Below the pieces are notes generated by a model. It was not told where the DNA came from and did not search any database. It worked only from the letters and a program-made list of their open reading frames with translations. Below, in pieces: positions 58,175 through 64,000 of a stretch of DNA of 64,000 bases; within the stretch, counting starts at the first letter, position 1, and each line of letters opens with the position of its first letter. The position numbers were made by a program, and so were the translations under genes. Source of the stretch: Candidatus Sumerlaeia bacterium (GTDB lineage Bacteria > Sumerlaeota > Sumerlaeia > SLMS01 > JANRJK01); contig JANRJK010000055.1 of assembly GCA_033764015.1 (NCBI GenBank), positions 1-64,000 of the forward strand, read 5' to 3'.

Positions 58175-59491
58175 GTGCTCGAACCGCAGCGCCACACGCT
58201 CGAAACCATCATCGGCCACGGCGCCGCCAAGGCGTTCCTGCTGAAGCTGCTCGCGTCCGGCCGCCTACCGCCGGTGGTCCTCCTGGAAGGCCCCGACGCG
58301 CTCGGCAAGCGCAGCTTCGCCCTCGCCGCGGCCAAGGCGGTCCTCTCCGCGGCATCCCGCGCCGAAGGCGCCGCGCTCCGCGCGCCCGGCCCCGCCCGCA
58401 TGGCGAAGCGCTCCGCGCCCCCTCCCCCGGACGACGACGGCGCCGACCTCTTCGCCGCGCATGACGACCTGTTCGGCGCCCCCGCCGGCGAGCCGGAGCC
58501 GGACCTCTTCGGCGCCGCGGAGGAGCCGCCGCCCCCCGCGCCCCCTCCCGCCCCAGCCCCCGAGCCGCAGCCCCGCTCCGGCGGGCCCCTCGCGGACCAC
58601 GACGAGCCGCGCCGCCGCGCCTTCGAGTTCCTCGGCTACCACGAGGACACCTGCCGCCGCATCGAGGCGTCCTACCCCCCGAAGTACAACAGCGACGGGC
58701 AGCAGGAGAACGCCGCGCACCCGGACCTCTCGATCATCGAGCCCGCCGGCAACTCGCGCTCGATCCTCGCCGCGCAGATCGACGCCCTGCACGACATCGT
58801 GCGCCTCGCGCCGATCCAGTCGCACCTGCGCCTGGTGCTGCTCTTCGGCGCCGACACGATCACCACGCACGCGGCCAACTCGATGCTGAAGCTGCTCGAG
58901 GAGCCGCCCGCGTACCTCCACTTCATCATGGTGACGGACCATCCGCACGGCGTGCTGCCCACGATCCGCTCGCGCGCGTGCCGCGTGCCGTTCCACCCGC
59001 TGCCGGTGGATGAACTCGCGGAACGCCTGGTGGAATCGGAGGGCCTCGCGCGGACGCTGGCGCGGACGGCGGCGGTCTTCGCGGAGGGGCGCCCCGGCGT
59101 GGCGCTGCGCGCAGCGGCCGCGGGGGGCGCCGCGGACTCGCTCCTCGCGAGGCGCCGAGACATCTTCGAGGCGCGCCGCCTGGTCGACCGCTACGGCGCC
59201 GCGGGCGCCAGCGCCGCCGCCTCGCGCATCGCCGCCGCGAAGCTACCCGCCGACGACACGCTCCGCCTCCTCCTCTGCTACGCCCGCGACCGCCTGGTAT
59301 CACGGCACGCAGCGGACCGCCCCGAGCTGCTGGTGAACGGCGACCTGCCGGAGCTGCTTCCCGCGGAGCGCGCCGACTCCGCCGAGCTGCTCGAAGAGGC
59401 CGAGCGCCTCCTCGCCGCCATGGACGCGCTCGGCCACCCGTTCCTGCCCAACACGCAGGCGCTCTACGAGCTGGCGCTCTGGCCGGAATAG
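58175..59491 (+). CDS. holB: DNA polymerase III subunit delta-prime
   Basis: IIGH, LLEGPDALGK, HPDL, AANSMLKLLEEPP and LPTIRSR motifs. Confidence 0.88.
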   Translation: MLEPQRHTLETIIGHGAAKAFLLKLLASGRLPPVVLLEGPDALGKRSFALAAAKAVLSAASRAEGAALRAPGPARMAKRSAPPPPDDDGADLFAAHDDLFGAPAGEPEPDLFGAAEEPPPPAPPPAPAPEPQPRSGGPLADHDEPRRRAFEFLGYHEDTCRRIEASYPPKYNSDGQQENAAHPDLSIIEPAGNSRSILAAQIDALHDIVRLAPIQSHLRLVLLFGADTITTHAANSMLKLLEEPPAYLHFIMVTDHPHGVLPTIRSRACRVPFHPLPVDELAERLVESEGLARTLARTAAVFAEGRPGVALRAAAAGGAADSLLARRRDIFEARRLVDRYGAAGASAAASRIAAAKLPADDTLRLLLCYARDRLVSRHAADRPELLVNGDLPELLPAERADSAELLEEAERLLAAMDALGHPFLPNTQALYELALWPE

Positions 59492-59501
59492 CGCCCCCGC
59501 G

Positions 59502-60113
59502 CTACCGCAGCACCACGCCCGGCGCGCCCCCCGCGTCCGGATCGAGCGCAGCAAGCCGCCCCAGCGTCAGCGCGAACACCTCGAACATCGTCTTCAACTC
59601 GTTCAGGTCCTTGCAGTGCCCCTGCTGCTGGAACAGGAGCATGTCCGTCTTCGGCGGGAACTTGGCGCCGAAGAAGCCCTCGTGGTCGCGCACCGAGAAA
59701 CTGACGGACTGGAGCGCCAGCAGCCGCGCGCGCAGCTCCGCGTCGCCGAGCAGTTCCACGACCCGCGCGCGGTTCGACCCGGTGACGACGAACTTCTTGT
59801 CGAACACCCATTCGCCCACCTCGATGTCGCTCTGCAGGCCGAGCGACTTGCCGAGGCGGTGGAAGAAGTGCTCGGTCTGGACGGAGAATCGGAAGCCGGA
59901 AGGGTTGCTGAACGGCGCCCGGAGTCGGGTCATCGGAACATGCACCTGCCCCGCGGGCTCCACGTAGGCGTCCAGCACGATCTCCCAGACGCCGACGCGG
60001 GCGCGGACTTGGGTGGCGTTGCCGAAGCTCCAGGGGCGGAACTCGGCGCCGAGCTGCGCGGCGAACTGGGACCAGACCTCCTCGAGGGGCGGTCCAAAGA
60101 GCTGGCGGAGCAT
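59502..60113 (-). CDS. Conserved hypothetical protein (DUF3137-like)
   Basis: FGP..EEVWSQ, TRLRAPF and DIEVG...FDKKFVV motifs. Confidence 0.65.
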   Translation of the reverse strand: MLRQLFGPPLEEVWSQFAAQLGAEFRPWSFGNATQVRARVGVWEIVLDAYVEPAGQVHVPMTRLRAPFSNPSGFRFSVQTEHFFHRLGKSLGLQSDIEVGEWVFDKKFVVTGSNRARVVELLGDAELRARLLALQSVSFSVRDHEGFFGAKFPPKTDMLLFQQQGHCKDLNELKTMFEVFALTLGRLAALDPDAGGAPGVVLR

Positions 60114-60207
60114 TTTCCCGTTTCCTTTCCGCGCGCCGAGCGGCGACGATCCCGTTTCGCGGCGCTGTTCCCTCCATACCCGGGCGCCCGGCCAGCATTC
60201 AATCCCG

Positions 60208-60627
60208 ATGCCGAACCCGCTCGAGAACACCTACGCCCGCTCCCGCCTCGCGCACGCCGCCGAGAACACGTCGGACTATCTCGAGGTGATCGCGGACCTG
60301 ATCGCGCGCCGCGGCGAAGCCCGCTTGGTGGACATCGCGGAGCGCATCGGCGTCTCGAAGGCCACCGCGAACAAGACGCTGCTCCGGCTCCAGCGCGAGG
60401 GGTTCATCACCTCCGAGCCCTACCGCTCGATCTTCCTGAGCGACGCCGGCCGCAAGCTGGCCGAGGAGTCGAAGCGCCGCCACCTGATCGTACTCGCGTT
60501 CCTCCGCGCGGCCGGCGTCTCCGAGGACACCGCGCAGGTGGACGCGGAAGGCATGGAGCACCACGCCAGCGAGGAAACGCTCGCGATGCTGGAGCGGCTG
60601 ACGGCGAGCCTGCGCAGGGAAGCATAG
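60208..60627 (+). CDS. mntR: Manganese-dependent transcriptional regulator (DtxR/MntR family)
   Basis: DYLEVI, ARLVDIAERIGVS, PYRSIFL and DAEGMEHH motifs. Confidence 0.9.
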   Translation: MPNPLENTYARSRLAHAAENTSDYLEVIADLIARRGEARLVDIAERIGVSKATANKTLLRLQREGFITSEPYRSIFLSDAGRKLAEESKRRHLIVLAFLRAAGVSEDTAQVDAEGMEHHASEETLAMLERLTASLRREA

Positions 60628-60685
60628 CCGAGCGCCGCAGGGCGTCCGGACCGGCAAGTCCTCGACGCGCGGGAGGCGCGGCCCA

Positions 60686-62053
60686 GTGCTCTACGACGAC
60701 CTCCCCGCCGCGTTCCGCGCCCTCGAAGGCGGCTGGCTGGCCGCGTTCCGCGCGATGCCGAACGGCTTCCGGCGTCCGCTGACCCAACTGCTGTTCGAAG
60801 CCTGCGAACATGGTCCGCCATGGCTGGTGCATGCGCTGCCTTTGGCGCTGCACGCCGCCGTCGCGCTGCTGACGGCGTGGGTGGCGCGGTCCGGTTTCGG
60901 CCTGGGGGCGCGTGCCGCGGGGCTCGCGGGGGTGCTGATGCTCCTCCACGCGGGGGGCTGGGCGGTGCCGTTCTTCCTGGCGAACAGCGGTGACGCCTTC
61001 GTGGCGGCGGCGGCGCTGCTGGTGTTCCAGGCGGCGCCCCGGGCGCTCGGCGGGAAGGACCCCGGGGCGCTCGCGATCCTTTGGCTCGGGGCGATGCTGG
61101 GGATGCTCGGCAAGGAGTCGGCGGTCGTGCTCCCCGGGGTCGCGGCGCTCGCGTGCGCGTTCGCCCGGGTGCGCCCGCGGGACGGACAGGGCTGGGCGTG
61201 GGCGGCGGCGTTACTCGCGGCGCACCTGATTTTTCTGGGATTCGTCGTCCTGAACATCAAGGGGGCGGAGGCGTCCTACGCGGGAGATGGCAGGCTCTCG
61301 CTGAGGCCGCTCTCCTGGGTTCGTTCCGCCGCGGACTACGCGATCTGCTCCCTCTGGCCCTTCACGCACCTGATCCAGCCCTCGGGGATGGACTTCCGGG
61401 TTCCGCATTCGGGGCTTTGGGCGGCGAGGCTGCTCCAGCTCGGGGTGTTCGCCGCGCTTGCGGTTCGCGCGGTCAAGCTGCGCCGTTTCGAGGCGCCCGC
61501 CGCGCTGGCGTCGATGGTCCTGCTGATGGTGCTTCCATCGGTCGTGGTGGCCGGTCCCCCCGAGTCGCGCTACCTCTATCCGGCGTTGCCGTTCGCCTGC
61601 CTCGGAGGCGCGATGGCGGCGCGCCGCGTGCTGCAATGGGCGAGGGGCCGGACCGGCGGGGCGGGGCGCGTCGCCATGGCGGCGGGTGCCGCGGGGGCGG
61701 TCTTGGTGTGCCTGCATGTCGCCGCGCTGGCGACCTCCCCCGTGCTCTCCTCGCTCCGCGGAGACCGCCGCCGGGTCGCGGCGTTCATGCGCGATCTCGC
61801 GGCGGAGGCGGACCGTGTTCCCGCGAACGCGCACCTCGTGGTCGCGGGCCATCCGCACCCGGAGGCCGGCGCCCACACCTGGGCGTACCGCCAGATGACG
61901 CTCTGGCTGGCGGCGCCGGACGCGCGCTGGGCGTATGCGGGCGACGATCCCCGCGCGCCGGGCGCCTGGGTGGCGCGCTGCGCGGAGGACGGCGCCATCG
62001 TGTCCATCGAGCCACCCGCGCCCCATTCGCTTGCTCCGGCGCTGGCCCCGTGA
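60686..62053 (+). CDS. Multi-pass membrane protein, GT-C/PMT-like
   Basis: YDD near the N-terminus, FRRPL, GKESAV and RYLYPA motifs; many TM helices. Confidence 0.65.
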   Translation: MLYDDLPAAFRALEGGWLAAFRAMPNGFRRPLTQLLFEACEHGPPWLVHALPLALHAAVALLTAWVARSGFGLGARAAGLAGVLMLLHAGGWAVPFFLANSGDAFVAAAALLVFQAAPRALGGKDPGALAILWLGAMLGMLGKESAVVLPGVAALACAFARVRPRDGQGWAWAAALLAAHLIFLGFVVLNIKGAEASYAGDGRLSLRPLSWVRSAADYAICSLWPFTHLIQPSGMDFRVPHSGLWAARLLQLGVFAALAVRAVKLRRFEAPAALASMVLLMVLPSVVVAGPPESRYLYPALPFACLGGAMAARRVLQWARGRTGGAGRVAMAAGAAGAVLVCLHVAALATSPVLSSLRGDRRRVAAFMRDLAAEADRVPANAHLVVAGHPHPEAGAHTWAYRQMTLWLAAPDARWAYAGDDPRAPGAWVARCAEDGAIVSIEPPAPHSLAPALAP

Positions 62054-62125
62054 TTGCGTGATGCGTGTCGCGACGTGCGCCCCCGCGCCGCCGCGAATCC
62101 CGCAGGAGCCAAGCCGCACACCGCC

Positions 62126-62566
62126 ATGAACCGACCGATCCAGCGCCGCCGCCGCGGCTTCACCTTCATCGAGATCATGATGGTCGTCGTGATCATCGGC
62201 ATCCTGCTCGCCCTTGTGGGCCCGCGCCTCGCCGGACGCACCAGGCAGGCGAAGATAAGCGCCGCCAAGGCGCAGATCGAGAACTTCGCCACCGCCCTCG
62301 CCGCCTATGAAATGGACATGGGCGCCTTCCCCGAGACCTCCGACGGCCTCAAGGCGCTCGTCACGAAGCCGGGCTCCGACGACTCCGACTCCTGGAACGG
62401 CCCGTACCTCCGCAAGTCCGAGGTGCCCAAGGACCCCTGGAACCGCGACTACAACTACCGCTTCCCCGGCGAGAACAACAGCGACTTCGACCTCTGGAGC
62501 GACGGCCCGGACCGGCAGGCGGGCAACGACGACGACGTGACCAACTGGTCGAAGTCGAAGGAGTAG
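62126..62566 (+). CDS. gspG: Type II secretion major pseudopilin
   Basis: GFTFIEIMMVVVIIG prepilin motif; WNGPYL, PKDPW and WSDGPD motifs. Confidence 0.93.
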   Translation: MNRPIQRRRRGFTFIEIMMVVVIIGILLALVGPRLAGRTRQAKISAAKAQIENFATALAAYEMDMGAFPETSDGLKALVTKPGSDDSDSWNGPYLRKSEVPKDPWNRDYNYRFPGENNSDFDLWSDGPDRQAGNDDDVTNWSKSKE

Positions 62567-62687
62567 CCCCCAACAAAGCTGTTGCGTGGCGGACAACCCC
62601 GCCCCTACCGTCTCCGATTCTGTGCCATGGCCAACGCCTTGACACCCCCAACCATCGCAAGAAGCGCCGTCCAGAAGGAGCCCGAAC

Positions 62688-62876
62688 GTGGCCAAGTCGA
62701 AGAAGGGAAACGTGGTGCAGGTCATCCTTGAATGCACCGAGCAGAAGGGGACCGAGATCCCCGGCATTTCCCGCTACATCACCAAGAAGAACCGCAAGAA
62801 CGACCCCGAGCGCATGCAGCTCAAGAAGTACAACAAGTACCTGCGCCGCGTCACGGTCCACCGGGAAGTCAAGTAA
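62688..62876 (+). CDS. rpmG: 50S ribosomal protein L33, zinc-free type
   Basis: VILECTE...[22 protein letters not shown]...HREVK; only one Cys. Confidence 0.95.
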   Translation: MAKSKKGNVVQVILECTEQKGTEIPGISRYITKKNRKNDPERMQLKKYNKYLRRVTVHREVK

Positions 62877-62880
62877 CCCG

Positions 62881-63891
62881 GTGCGCCCCTCAGCGGCCAA
62901 CCGCCTGTGGCTGGGCGCGGCGGCGTTCGCGCTCGCCGCGCTGCTCTGCGTCCCCGCGCCGCTTGCCGCGCAGGGCACCGGCGCCACGCGGCAGGACCGC
63001 AACCGCGCGCGCCCCTACTTCGACCCCCCGCGCGAGACGACCACCGTCTCGGCGACGGCCCTCTATAGCTGGGCCGCGTACCTCCTAGAGGGCGTCGAAC
63101 GCCCCGCGGCGGTCTTCGCCGGCAACGCCGAGCTCGCCTCGAAGGAGCTTCTCGAGGCGCAGGAGGCGCAGTTGGCCGCCGCCACCGCGTTCGTCTACTA
63201 CGGCGGCGAGGGCGACGGCTGGCTCGGCGAGGAGTTCGCCTCCCACGGCACCGCGCGCCGCCCGGTGGTCCGCCTCGGCGACGAGGGCTCGACCGCGCGC
63301 GGCCACGAGTGGCTCGATCCGGTGAAGGCCCGCGACGCCGTCCGGCGCCTCGCCGCGGAGCTCAAGCAGCTCCACCCGGCGCGTGTGACCGTGATCGACA
63401 AGAACGCCCAGGCGCTCGACGAGGAACTCCGCACGCTCGACGAGTGGGCGCGCCGCGAGCTGACCCCGTTCCAAGGCTCGGCGGTGTACCTTGAGCGTCC
63501 CGGCCTCGAGCCCTTCCTCGAGCGTTACGGCCTCGCCGTGGCGGGATACCTCTCGTCGACCTTCGGCAACGAAGGCGAGCAGGCCGACGCGGACCGGCTC
63601 GCCGCCGACGCGCGCCAGCGCACCGGCCCGCTCCTGATGCTGCGCCGCCCGGGGCAGCTCCCGATCCCGATGATCCGCCTCTCGCAGCAGGTGCCGATCC
63701 GCTTCATCCTGGTGGATCCGATCGAATCGGGCGAAGCGCGCCCGGCCCACTACGTCCGCCAGATGCGCCAGAACGTCCTAAACGTCGTCGTCGGCCTCAC
63801 CGCCGCGCAGTCGATCCCGGCGTCCTTCACCCCCGCCCCGGAAGCCACCGCGGCGACCGAGGACGAAGCGGAAGACGGCGGCGAAGAGTAG
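62881..63891 (+). CDS. ZnuA/cluster A-I-like metal ABC transporter substrate-binding protein, degenerate ligand set
   Basis: Signal peptide; FVYYGG..DGWL, HEWLDP, LKQLHP...NA, FLERYGL and YVRQMRQN motifs. Confidence 0.75.
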   Translation: MRPSAANRLWLGAAAFALAALLCVPAPLAAQGTGATRQDRNRARPYFDPPRETTTVSATALYSWAAYLLEGVERPAAVFAGNAELASKELLEAQEAQLAAATAFVYYGGEGDGWLGEEFASHGTARRPVVRLGDEGSTARGHEWLDPVKARDAVRRLAAELKQLHPARVTVIDKNAQALDEELRTLDEWARRELTPFQGSAVYLERPGLEPFLERYGLAVAGYLSSTFGNEGEQADADRLAADARQRTGPLLMLRRPGQLPIPMIRLSQQVPIRFILVDPIESGEARPAHYVRQMRQNVLNVVVGLTAAQSIPASFTPAPEATAATEDEAEDGGEE

Positions 63892-63903
63892 CGCCGCCGG
63901 GGC

Positions 63904-64000
63904 ATGAGCTCCCCACAGCCCCAAGACACGGTTCCCGCGATCCGGCTCCGCGGCGTCACCGTGCGCCGCGAAGGCCGGTTGCTGCTCGATTCCGTCGACC
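63904..64000 (+). CDS. N-terminal fragment of an ABC transporter ATP-binding protein (ZnuC-like)
   Basis: MSSPQPQDTVPAIRLRGVTVRREGRLLLDSVD runs off the window edge and follows the substrate-binding protein. Confidence 0.65.
   Translation, partial: MSSPQPQDTVPAIRLRGVTVRREGRLLLDSVD

Noticed and set aside
62639..62670. TTGACA promoter upstream of rpmG
   Set aside because: A -35-like hexamer is present, but there is no plausible -10 element at 16-18 nt spacing.

Overview
Very GC-rich bacterial chromosomal window. The lineage cannot be fixed from sequence alone; dockerin/cohesin-type secreted proteins and a YDPTNG pseudopilin-like protein are reminiscent of Ca. Sumerlaeota/BRC1 or a similar lineage (inference). 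Most of it is housekeeping: pruA, manA, ddl, dxr, ndk, sthA, hflX, mpg, mscS, pnp, moeB, the complete tuf-S10-spc-alpha ribosomal cluster (33266-51512), smpB, a ClpP-like gene, holB, mntR, gspG, rpmG and a ZnuA-like transporter. The standout is the first 5.8 kb, the 3' end of an apparent bilin operon in a window with no photosynthesis genes. It encodes a 978-aa protein built of eight tandem ~117-aa phycobiliprotein/globin-like repeats, a single-domain allophycocyanin-like globin with a shifted cysteine, a translationally coupled divergent ferredoxin-dependent bilin reductase, and a cytoplasmic Ser/Thr kinase. The second highlight is a full-length bacterial homologue of the animal glucokinase regulatory protein (a fused tandem MurQ) right after rplQ. 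Also present: two lower-GC accessory islets, several structured intergenic elements and a REP-like repeat. No tRNA, rRNA, CRISPR array or transposase was recognised. All family assignments come from motif recognition by eye, not from database searches.
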